Virus record (IMG/VR): IMGVR_UViG_3300020045_005677
Span: 1-64,000 of that record
From: a virus
Reading direction: 5' to 3' (one strand)
Length of the DNA: 64,000 bases
Shown here: positions 1-8,101 of the stretch, one piece after another
Layout of the letters: every line of letters starts with the position of its first letter
Numbering within the stretch: the first letter of the stretch is position 1
The notes under the pieces: model-generated
The model's input: only the letters and a program-made list of their open reading frames with translations
The model's database searches: none
Told to the model about the DNA's origin: nothing
Program-made: the position numbers and the translations under genes

Positions 1-17
1 TTCTAGAAAACAGAGGC

Positions 18-368
18 ATGTCTGCTACATTTAAAGATAAAGATTCTATTAATAAGAATATCCATAAAGGTTATGTAACATATGATTGTGGAGAGTTTGG
101 TATAAATACGATGACCTATCTAGGTAAAGTAGGTAAGGCTACTAAGGATAAGAGTAAACATCTGGAAGCTTGCAAGAAGCTAGCTAATGATAAAGACTTA
201 AATCTTAAGATGGCTATGAATGTATACAGCGATGGTCTAGATAAATCTGATGGGGACATAGTAATGGCTTGGAACTATTATAATACTGGTAGAGATGTAA
301 TAATCAATGACAGGATATATAAGGTAAAAGCTATGGTAACATTGTTGCAAGAAGAAATAAAAGTATAA
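18..368 (+). CDS. hypothetical protein (116 aa)
   Basis: ORF followed by a G-U-containing hairpin and T-tract (373-422); no recognisable motif. Confidence 0.7.
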   Translation: MSATFKDKDSINKNIHKGYVTYDCGEFGINTMTYLGKVGKATKDKSKHLEACKKLANDKDLNLKMAMNVYSDGLDKSDGDIVMAWNYYNTGRDVIINDRIYKVKAMVTLLQEEIKV

Positions 369-372
369 ATAT

Positions 373-422
373 TATAATACTGGTAGAATTAATTTTCTGC
401 TGGTATTATATAATTATTTTTT
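373..422 (+). terminator. intrinsic terminator
   Basis: 16-bp stem TATAATACTGGTAGAA / TTCTGCTGGTATTATA with three G-U pairs, followed by TAATTATTTTTT. Confidence 0.7.
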
Positions 423-504
423 GTTGTTAAAATAATAAAGAAAATAATTCAAGAACAGGGAATAGTAAATAAAACAATTTTAAATAGCATAGAAGGAAAA
501 GAAA

Positions 505-2667
505 ATGAAAAATAATAACATTATAAGGGTAAATGATAAATATGTGCTACGGCCTTTGTCAGAGTACAATAAAGCATTAGTAATAGAAGAAAGATATAAC
601 ACTATGTCTTACGAATATATAAAAGATTTAGTTGTAGAAAAAGTTATATCTACGATAATAGAACAGGTTGGTAAAAGTAATATTAGAAATGTACTAATTA
701 AAGCAAATCATCAAGAGTTCAATCCTGATACATTAAATAAAATTAGAGAGATAGCTAGAGCAGTAAAGAAAGAAAAGATTAAGATATATACCTTAGACTA
801 TTTAGGTAAAGATAGTTTATTGCAAAAGATGATGAATGATTATTATCATTATTGTTCTATAGATGTGGATTCAATATTTATGTTAAGAGGAATATATGGT
901 CCAAGACAATATCGCAAGCTAGTACCTTTTGACAAGCTTGCATTAGCTCTTACCTTGCAACAAAATATTGAAACTAAAATAATTAGTATGGATGACTTTA
1001 ACCTAATGCTTAAAGATAACAATATAGATATAAACAAGTTAAACAAAGCAGATAAAAACTCTATCTACTTGTCATATGTTATATATATGGGATTTTATTC
1101 TTTAGGTACGAAATTAGAAGCAAATATACTTCCAAAATTTGATTTTGATACATACATGTCTAGAATTAAAAAACATATAGATTCTAGTAAGGATATTTTT
1201 AAAGCAATGCAGGATATTAAAGAAGCTGGTGGATTTATAGACTTACCAAAGATGTGGGATGACAGTAGTAAAGAGTTAGATAAGCAAAAGGATATAATGT
1301 TATCTGCTTTTAAAGTTGAAGTATCAGGTGTAGAACTTGAAATAAATTATAAACATCAATTAGATAGTCTTATTGGAAAACCAAATGGTTTACGTTCAGA
1401 TTTATTATATATAATTAAAGATAAAACACTTAGTGATGTCTTTTATAAAAATAATGAATTAGAGTTTTCTAGTTATGATATATATAGTATTGGTGAAACA
1501 CAAGAGTTAAATTTAATTAATACTGAAACCCATCATTGGTATGCAATGAAGAGAGCTGCAAGTGATAGTTATCTAATTGCTAATCTTAAACATCCAAATA
1601 AAGAATATTTAGTTATTGTTATTAAAAGAAAGAGCGACGAAAAGAATTTTACATTTGCAGTATTAAAAGATTTAGATATAAGCAGTAGCATAATGAATAA
1701 ACATTCTGATGCTGATAATTTATCAGAAAAGAAACAAACACAAGCACTTACTCCAGAAGAGAAGCTTTTAACTACTACAAAATTAAACTTTATGGAAGCT
1801 ATTGATAATCTTAGTACAGTTCTTAAAATAGCAGTATATGGTTGTGTAAAAAAAGATTCTAATTTATTATTGGAGTTTTTCCCAGCAAGTAGAGATTGCA
1901 TTCATGTACATTTAAAGTACAAAGAAGATAATAAAATAATATTTAGTTTTGGTATTAGCAATAAAGACTCTATTTCCATTATGGAAATGTTTAAAGATAT
2001 AGATATAAATGGTATAGAAATAAATAGAAGTGAATATGCTTATGCTAATGGCCTAGATATTCTTTTAAAAGTTGATGATTTACAAATAGAACAAGCTATT
2101 AATGGATTTGACGATTTAAGTATTATCAAGTATACCTTTTCTAAATTAGCAGAAAATATAGGTATACTTACACTACAAAGAGAATCTAATCGAACTCTTA
2201 CTCTTAAAATGGGAGGTTTTTTTAGAGGACAAAAATATCCTGCTATTAATCTTAAATTAAAACCTATGGACCAAAACAAAGTATCTGAACTAGAAAATAT
2301 TAAATTCTTAGGTCCAGTGTCTCTTAAAATAGATACTGCTATTGGTGTAAATAACTTTATAAAAGAGTTTAGTGGTAGAAATACAAGTGATGCTATTTAT
2401 ATATTAAACATGACATATGAACAAGCATTCCCATTTTCAACATATGAGAAATGTTTTACAGAAGGCTTTAGAGTAAAAGCTATTGAAGTAGATGGTCTTC
2501 TTAATAATGAAAAATATTGGTATATATTCAATTTTCCAACAACTCCAAATAATTTAAGATTTAAAGTTAAAGAGACAAACAAGAACTTCCTAATGATAAA
2601 AGTTTATAGAAATAGTGACAATATGGAGTTTATATTTGCATTAAATAAAAAAGAGGATAAAGAATGA
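505..2667 (+). CDS. hypothetical 720-aa protein with internally repeated ~50-aa module
   Basis: Long ORF with AGGA RBS; the repeat WY..K...D..L..LK..NK.YL.I...RKSD...F.FA..K recurs as WY.F....NNL.F..K..NK.FL.I..RNSD...F.FA..K at the C-terminus. Confidence 0.8.
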   Translation: MKNNNIIRVNDKYVLRPLSEYNKALVIEERYNTMSYEYIKDLVVEKVISTIIEQVGKSNIRNVLIKANHQEFNPDTLNKIREIARAVKKEKIKIYTLDYLGKDSLLQKMMNDYYHYCSIDVDSIFMLRGIYGPRQYRKLVPFDKLALALTLQQNIETKIISMDDFNLMLKDNNIDINKLNKADKNSIYLSYVIYMGFYSLGTKLEANILPKFDFDTYMSRIKKHIDSSKDIFKAMQDIKEAGGFIDLPKMWDDSSKELDKQKDIMLSAFKVEVSGVELEINYKHQLDSLIGKPNGLRSDLLYIIKDKTLSDVFYKNNELEFSSYDIYSIGETQELNLINTETHHWYAMKRAASDSYLIANLKHPNKEYLVIVIKRKSDEKNFTFAVLKDLDISSSIMNKHSDADNLSEKKQTQALTPEEKLLTTTKLNFMEAIDNLSTVLKIAVYGCVKKDSNLLLEFFPASRDCIHVHLKYKEDNKIIFSFGISNKDSISIMEMFKDIDINGIEINRSEYAYANGLDILLKVDDLQIEQAINGFDDLSIIKYTFSKLAENIGILTLQRESNRTLTLKMGGFFRGQKYPAINLKLKPMDQNKVSELENIKFLGPVSLKIDTAIGVNNFIKEFSGRNTSDAIYILNMTYEQAFPFSTYEKCFTEGFRVKAIEVDGLLNNEKYWYIFNFPTTPNNLRFKVKETNKNFLMIKVYRNSDNMEFIFALNKKEDKE

Positions 2668-3572
2668 AAGAAGAAAATAGAAGGATACTAATGATATCAG
2701 ATGGTGATATGATTAGAGCTAAAAATAAAAAAACATATAAGGTTGACGGAGAGTTTAAAAAGGCTACGATTGTAGCCAACTCTCAAGCCGTATATCTATC
2801 TGTAAATGATGACAAGTTATGTGTTGGTAGCAAAGATAGTATTTCTTGTTATGGTACAATATCAGTATCTAATCTTGATGCTGGATATTTAATGCAAAAT
2901 GCTAGCCACTTGCTTAGCGCTTTTATTATAAATGATATTGAAGTAGAAAATATTATATTTGTATTAGATAGTAAAATATTTAAATTTTACGAAACAATAA
3001 TATTTAGTTTTGTATTTGCTGTTAAAAAGTATTCTAAACAATATGGTACTAAAGTATTTATTAAAAAAGATAGTAGTAATATGGATAGTCTTGCAAACAC
3101 TATTTTAGAAAAATATAATGCATATGCTAAAAAGTATTTAGATTTATCGGTATATGATAAGTCTATTAGCAGATTCTACATGATATCAGCTACTGACTAT
3201 CTAAACAATAAAGAAGAACAAGATAAAATACTTGGTTCTTTAAAAGTATTATTAGCAAGAGATATTAGAAGTCAAGATGTAATTAAAACGGTAGAAATAA
3301 ATATAGTTGCTTCTGGAGCTCCAAGAACCAAAGAGAATAAAAAGAAGATTAAAGAGATATCTGAAATGCTTTATATTCAAGAGCATATCTATAGAGCATA
3401 TAGATTATCTGTTTTCTTAGATTCTGAAATCTTTAATTATAACAATGATAATAAAATATGCATGGAGAAAAATGTAAATGAAACGATAGCAGTTAGAGAT
3501 TATAAAACAAAAATAAGAATGTTAAATATTGTAGGTGCAATTGGACTTTCTGAAAAAGGATTTAACCAATGA
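2664..3572 (+). CDS. hypothetical protein, paralog of the next gene
   Basis: ATGA-coupled ORF; shares LEKYN..AK.YL.L...D.....FY.ISA.D..NNKEEQ...L.SL with 3569-4405. Confidence 0.8.
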   Translation: MKEENRRILMISDGDMIRAKNKKTYKVDGEFKKATIVANSQAVYLSVNDDKLCVGSKDSISCYGTISVSNLDAGYLMQNASHLLSAFIINDIEVENIIFVLDSKIFKFYETIIFSFVFAVKKYSKQYGTKVFIKKDSSNMDSLANTILEKYNAYAKKYLDLSVYDKSISRFYMISATDYLNNKEEQDKILGSLKVLLARDIRSQDVIKTVEINIVASGAPRTKENKKKIKEISEMLYIQEHIYRAYRLSVFLDSEIFNYNNDNKICMEKNVNETIAVRDYKTKIRMLNIVGAIGLSEKGFNQ

Positions 3573-4405
3573 GTAAAATAGGTTATGCTATTTATAAAAT
3601 AATAAATGGTGGCGGTCTTAAAGAAATTAAAAGAGAGTATGAAAAATTTAAGATAGAATCTACTGCTAGTATAGTAGCTGTTGAATATAATTATATACTA
3701 GAAACCAAGTTTTTAGTTCCAAAAGGCATGCATATTTCTTTTCCAGCTCATCAAGCAGGAAAGACAGAAGAGCCAAGATTACGTACAGATGGAATATTTT
3801 CATATATTAAAAATGCTTCTCCTGATGCAAAACATATTCTTTTAGTCCCTGAGAAAAATATACATTTAGATAAAGACACTAGAAATAATATCTTTAAAGA
3901 TGCTAAAAAAAATAATATGGAAGTATTTATTAAGGTTATGCATAACACGAAAAATAATGCTAAAGCTAGAGCATATTCTATTTTAGACAAATATAATCGG
4001 CTAGCCAAAGAGTATTTAGCTCTAGATGAAATTGATAGAATAAATAGTCCATTTTATTTAATATCTGCAGAAGACTTTATTAATAATAAAGAGGAGCAGA
4101 ATAGAGTACTGGAGTCATTGATGGCTTTACCATTAAGTCAGCACAAAGATATATTAAATCGTATTGTTGTTGTTAGTACTAGCGATGAAGATGCAGATGC
4201 GGAATTATTGGAAAATAAGACTGAATCATTATTTGTTCATAATCTTATTTCTAGAGCTTATACTATATCTATGTGTTTAGAAGGAATGATGTTTTCTAAT
4301 CAAAAATATGCTACTGAATTAAATGCTAAAATGAAAAAAGAAACAGAACATATGCAAAATTATGTTACATTATTAAAATTTGGATATAAGAAAGGATTTA
4401 ACTAA
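3569..4405 (+). CDS. hypothetical protein, paralog of the previous gene
   Basis: ATGA-coupled ORF; shared C-terminal domain; P-loop-like FPAHQAGKT near the N-terminus. Confidence 0.8.
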   Translation: MSKIGYAIYKIINGGGLKEIKREYEKFKIESTASIVAVEYNYILETKFLVPKGMHISFPAHQAGKTEEPRLRTDGIFSYIKNASPDAKHILLVPEKNIHLDKDTRNNIFKDAKKNNMEVFIKVMHNTKNNAKARAYSILDKYNRLAKEYLALDEIDRINSPFYLISAEDFINNKEEQNRVLESLMALPLSQHKDILNRIVVVSTSDEDADAELLENKTESLFVHNLISRAYTISMCLEGMMFSNQKYATELNAKMKKETEHMQNYVTLLKFGYKKGFN

Positions 4406-5181
4406 TGAATAAAAAAATAAACTACTTCGGTAGAGTTACAATTGAATATATTACTGAAGATACTATTAATATTATTTTAAAAATAAGAGACTCTGATGTA
4501 ATATTATTAAACAGTATTGTTAAATTAAAACATAGCGATAAAGTTGAAGACATAAGGGGATTGTTCTATTCAGATATTATTCTACTACATAAATTGTTTG
4601 GTGCAATAGGAATGTTAATAAATAATAATAAACTAGCAAATACTCCAGAGTATCAATTCCATTCTGTAGAGTTAATACATTATGCTGGCTGCCAGCATGT
4701 AGATAATCTAAAGAATCTATTGGTTGGTTTTACTTTTATGGATAATATACTTGCTAGGCATGATAGTTTTGCTCTTAATTTTAATATTCCACTAAAAGAA
4801 GAAATGTTTGAAGATAATACTTTAAAAATAAATACTAAAAGTAATGATATGTGTATTGGCGTAGACAATGAAGAGCTTATAGATAATCAAGAAGTAAATG
4901 AAATTAAACTTACGCATCCTAGTGAATATTCTGGTGTGGTTATAAGCGTTGACAAGAAAGATGGTAATGTTGATGTTGTTGGATTAGATAATCAAGAGCC
5001 TGGACAACTTGTAGAGTTTAACAATGGAGTTCAAGGAATGATACTTAATGTATGTCCTACTTATGGAAACATAAAAGTTATAATCTTCCAGGAAGACATA
5101 AATATAACTAAAACTTCAAGATGTAAAAACTTAAATAGAAAACTAGAATTTCCTTTAGGGGAACTTCCAAAGAGAGAATAA
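4405..5181 (+). CDS. unknown N-terminal domain fused to an F1 ATP synthase alpha-subunit N-terminal beta-barrel (ATP-synt_ab_N-like)
   Basis: Residues 174-258 (EYSGVVISV..DG.V.VVGLDN...GQLVEFNNGVQGMILN...NIKVIIF...I......RKLEFPLGE) follow the AtpA pattern G.VI.VGDGIA.V.GL.N...GELVEF.NGV.GMALN....NVG.VI.G....I......RI.EVPVGE. Confidence 0.75.
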   Translation: MNKKINYFGRVTIEYITEDTINIILKIRDSDVILLNSIVKLKHSDKVEDIRGLFYSDIILLHKLFGAIGMLINNNKLANTPEYQFHSVELIHYAGCQHVDNLKNLLVGFTFMDNILARHDSFALNFNIPLKEEMFEDNTLKINTKSNDMCIGVDNEELIDNQEVNEIKLTHPSEYSGVVISVDKKDGNVDVVGLDNQEPGQLVEFNNGVQGMILNVCPTYGNIKVIIFQEDINITKTSRCKNLNRKLEFPLGELPKRE

Positions 5182-5183
5182 AA

Positions 5184-5621
5184 ATGTATAATAAAAGCAA
5201 TACATATAGTACTTCTGAATTTATTGCAGAAGTAAAATACTGCAACCTTGAAGCGGTCGATAGGGTTGAAACCTATAACTGGTTAAGGGATTTTATAATT
5301 GAGTCTATTGAGGCATTTATGAGCAAAAATCTTACAGACATGATAATTCAAAGTTCAAATACAGTAATAGAAAAAATTATATTTGATGTAAGAGATAAAA
5401 CCAGAAGAAAAGCAAATATATTTGCAGTTAAAAATACAGACAAGTTTTACAATGTATTCTTTAACGATTACAATATAGAATCTTTTAGCATTCATTTGTA
5501 TTTAGTAAAAGATAAAGATTTTAAATATGCATTTAAAGCAGAAGTAAGTTCTATAATCTTTAGAGAAAAAAGAGAAATGAGTATTTCTTCTCCTCGTTTT
5601 GCATTAAGCTTAGATAGCTAA
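5184..5621 (+). CDS. hypothetical protein (145 aa)
   Basis: ORF at the end of the + strand operon, before a bidirectional hairpin. Confidence 0.7.
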   Translation: MYNKSNTYSTSEFIAEVKYCNLEAVDRVETYNWLRDFIIESIEAFMSKNLTDMIIQSSNTVIEKIIFDVRDKTRRKANIFAVKNTDKFYNVFFNDYNIESFSIHLYLVKDKDFKYAFKAEVSSIIFREKREMSISSPRFALSLDS

Positions 5622-5623
5622 AA

Positions 5624-5661
5624 TTATATACTACATATCGTAATTGATATGTAGTATATAA
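5624..5661. terminator. bidirectional terminator-like palindrome (TATACTACATA family)
   Basis: Perfect 16-bp stem TTATATACTACATATC / GATATGTAGTATATAA, 6-nt loop, between convergent genes. Confidence 0.7.
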
Positions 5662-5674
5662 TACTTTTATTTTT

Positions 5675-6610
5675 TTATCCAAATAGCTTACTCAAAGCTG
5701 ATACCTTCTGAGTACTACTTAATGTTTTACCACTATAATCAAAACTAGCTAATATTGGTTTAGACTCAGTACTCAATAATGATTTACTAGCTAGCTTGGG
5801 TACAATGCTATTACCTTTTAATTTTTCTAAACTAAAGTTACCATCATTTCCTTTTAACCAATTAGGAGACAATGTATTTAAACTATTGCTTACTCCAGCA
5901 TAAGTACTATCGCTTAGATATGGTGTACCAATACTCATTACTGAAGGCGAAGTATTACTATTAATACTATTTAATAACATGTTACTAGAATTAGGAATTA
6001 ATCCATTTACACTACTAGCATATCTACTACCAGCTAAGTCTTTTATTACTCCAATACTATTACCACCAGTAATAGACTTTAATACATCAGATATAGCTCC
6101 AGTTACTAAACCTATAGTAGACATACCTGTATCTATTATAGTATCCAATAAACTAAATACAGCTGTTACTCCAGCACATAACAACATAGCTAATAGCGCA
6201 GCTAATGAATATCCTAATAATGATAAGTTAAATCCACCTAGATTTAAGTTTCCACCTAGTCCACAACCTCCACTACCTACTCCACTTAAATCAGATTGTC
6301 CAGTTAATGATAACTTAGATAATCCTCCTAAGTCTCTACCAAATAAAGCTCCTAGTAATGCTAGTATCTTATCCTTAACAAATCCTAATAAGTCAGTTAC
6401 AAAACCTACTGCTTTTACTACAGCATTCATTAATGCTTCTAGATTTATTTTAATAAAATTACCTATCACTTCTAATACTGTACCAGCACCTGCTGCAATG
6501 CTCTCTAAGAGACTTTTTTCCTGTTCGGCATATAAGACATTGGCTTTAGCTAAATCAGTCACCATAGGCGTATTTAGATTAGTACCGCTTATTAATAAAT
6601 TAGATGCCAT
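5675..6610 (-). CDS. probable virion structural protein, Gly/Leu/Ser-rich with a hydrophobic segment
   Basis: AAGGAG RBS; lies downstream of the sheath-tube block; resembles phiKZ-type virion proteins in composition. Confidence 0.55.
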   Translation of the reverse strand: MASNLLISGTNLNTPMVTDLAKANVLYAEQEKSLLESIAAGAGTVLEVIGNFIKINLEALMNAVVKAVGFVTDLLGFVKDKILALLGALFGRDLGGLSKLSLTGQSDLSGVGSGGCGLGGNLNLGGFNLSLLGYSLAALLAMLLCAGVTAVFSLLDTIIDTGMSTIGLVTGAISDVLKSITGGNSIGVIKDLAGSRYASSVNGLIPNSSNMLLNSINSNTSPSVMSIGTPYLSDSTYAGVSNSLNTLSPNWLKGNDGNFSLEKLKGNSIVPKLASKSLLSTESKPILASFDYSGKTLSSTQKVSALSKLFG

Positions 6611-6656
6611 ATATTCTCCTTAGTTAAAATCAAATGAACTTCAAATACTATTTAAA

Positions 6657-6665
6657 CACATATTA
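6657..6665 (+). promoter_or_regulatory. putative early (virion RNAP) promoter, copy 1
   Basis: CACATATTA with AACTTC 14 nt upstream; motif repeated at 7 intergenic sites. Confidence 0.7.
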
Positions 6666-6712
6666 TTAAATTAGTATATACAATGTACTAATTAATTAAT
6701 TCGGAGAAAGAC

Positions 6713-7135
6713 ATGTCAACAGTAAAAACAACAGAAGATTTAGTATTACAATCTACAATTAAGATTGATGGAGATAGTGCATCTATCAATTATACAGAAA
6801 AACAATTTGATGCTTATCTTGGTGCAGACTTAGCTAAAGCTTTAGAGCAAATTGTAAGTAAGGCAGATAGCTTTAGTGGAATCGTAATTGAAGATAGTGC
6901 AAAATTAGCTGGTAATATTTTAGGAGAAAATCCTGATGTAAATTTAGTATCTGCTAACATTGATAATGTAGGTATTAATTCTTCTATGGAAGTTAAGTAC
7001 TTAAGAAAAGAAATTGATGAAGAAGAGTGGAGACCAAAAGTTAAAGTAACTTCAACATTTGTAAATAAAGATGTATTATTAAGGGCTGCAGGCAGTGCAA
7101 GAGAAGCAATGGCTATTATCTCTGCTGATAAATAA
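6713..7135 (+). CDS. hypothetical early protein (140 aa)
   Basis: GGAG RBS; has its own promoter motif and downstream hairpin (7160-7188). Confidence 0.75.
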   Translation: MSTVKTTEDLVLQSTIKIDGDSASINYTEKQFDAYLGADLAKALEQIVSKADSFSGIVIEDSAKLAGNILGENPDVNLVSANIDNVGINSSMEVKYLRKEIDEEEWRPKVKVTSTFVNKDVLLRAAGSAREAMAIISADK

Positions 7136-7159
7136 TTATCAACGACAAACAAAATAAAA

Positions 7160-7188
7160 CTCTAGATATACTATTAGTATATCTAGAG
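7160..7188. terminator. bidirectional terminator-like palindrome
   Basis: CTCTAGATATACT-ATT-AGTATATCTAGAG between convergent genes. Confidence 0.65.
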
Positions 7189-7226
7189 AGTGAAATAAGT
7201 TTTTTATTTTTTATACAAGAGTAAAT

Positions 7227-8087
7227 TTACTTAAGATTTAAACCTGCTTTAGCTGCTGATACATTAGCGTCAATTTTATTAACAAATAATGCTTCATTAT
7301 CATATCTACTAGATGTAGATACTAATACATTTAATAGTTGTTGAGCAAATTTTCTTGTAGCTTTTGAACTTTCCCAATAACCACCATACTCAATTGTAAC
7401 ATCAACTGTAGCTCCAGCCTCACCTCTATTTTTAGAAGTAGTAGATTCACCAGTAGAACCAGGAAATAAGTTTTCACCTAAGTAAGCATCTACTACATAT
7501 CTATTAGATACATCTGGTTCAATTACTATTCCACTAAATGAATACATTTCAGCACTATAAGTTTTAGTATTTGTATAGCTAGCCAACTTAGTTACTTCAG
7601 GTATTTTAGAATTATGATGCATACAAATATCATTTAGATACCATTCGTGGAATCTATAGATAGGTTTACCATCTTTTTCATTCCATGTAAATGAAATATT
7701 AGATGCTTCTTTTTTAGAATCAGTAATTACTTTATAAGATTCATTAGTACCAGATATTGTTACCTCTCCTAATTCTAGATTAATTTGGTTATTTAATCCT
7801 GCAATCGTCATAGCTCTTTTTTCAGTTAAGTTTTTAAGAGTAGCAATTAAATCTGTCTTATTTGGATAGAATCCAAAAGCCATTGGATATGTTAACATAA
7901 TAAAAATAGCTGGTCTCTTAACATAAGGTTGATTAGCTACCAACATACTATATACATTACCATCTTCACCTACCGTACCATAGTTAGGATTTAAACCATC
8001 CCAACCACCTACTGATAAGTTTACTTGTGGATTTAAAGAGTCAGGAATTCCTGACCCAGTTGTATTAACACTATTATTTAATATCAT
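7227..8087 (-). CDS. tail tube protein (phiKZ gp30-like)
   Basis: 286 aa immediately downstream of the sheath; GLN....E..E..ISG, F...E..G.PI...HE.Y and GIVIEPD.....V..AYL..NLFP..TGE patterns typical of phiKZ-like tubes. Confidence 0.85.
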   Translation of the reverse strand: MILNNSVNTTGSGIPDSLNPQVNLSVGGWDGLNPNYGTVGEDGNVYSMLVANQPYVKRPAIFIMLTYPMAFGFYPNKTDLIATLKNLTEKRAMTIAGLNNQINLELGEVTISGTNESYKVITDSKKEASNISFTWNEKDGKPIYRFHEWYLNDICMHHNSKIPEVTKLASYTNTKTYSAEMYSFSGIVIEPDVSNRYVVDAYLGENLFPGSTGESTTSKNRGEAGATVDVTIEYGGYWESSKATRKFAQQLLNVLVSTSSRYDNEALFVNKIDANVSAAKAGLNLK

Positions 8088-8101
8088 CTTTCATCCTCCT
8101 A

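Noticed and set aside
4405-5181. Functional atpA auxiliary metabolic gene
   Set aside because: Only the N-terminal barrel is present; there is no Walker A/B or C-terminal domain.
5979-6623. 214-aa + strand ORF
   Set aside because: Antisense shadow of 5675-6610; no RBS; composition reflects the reverse of Gly/Leu/Ser codons. The same applies to the other short antisense ORFs in the track (e.g. 6814-7152, 12518-12970, 26116-26475, 51265-51858).
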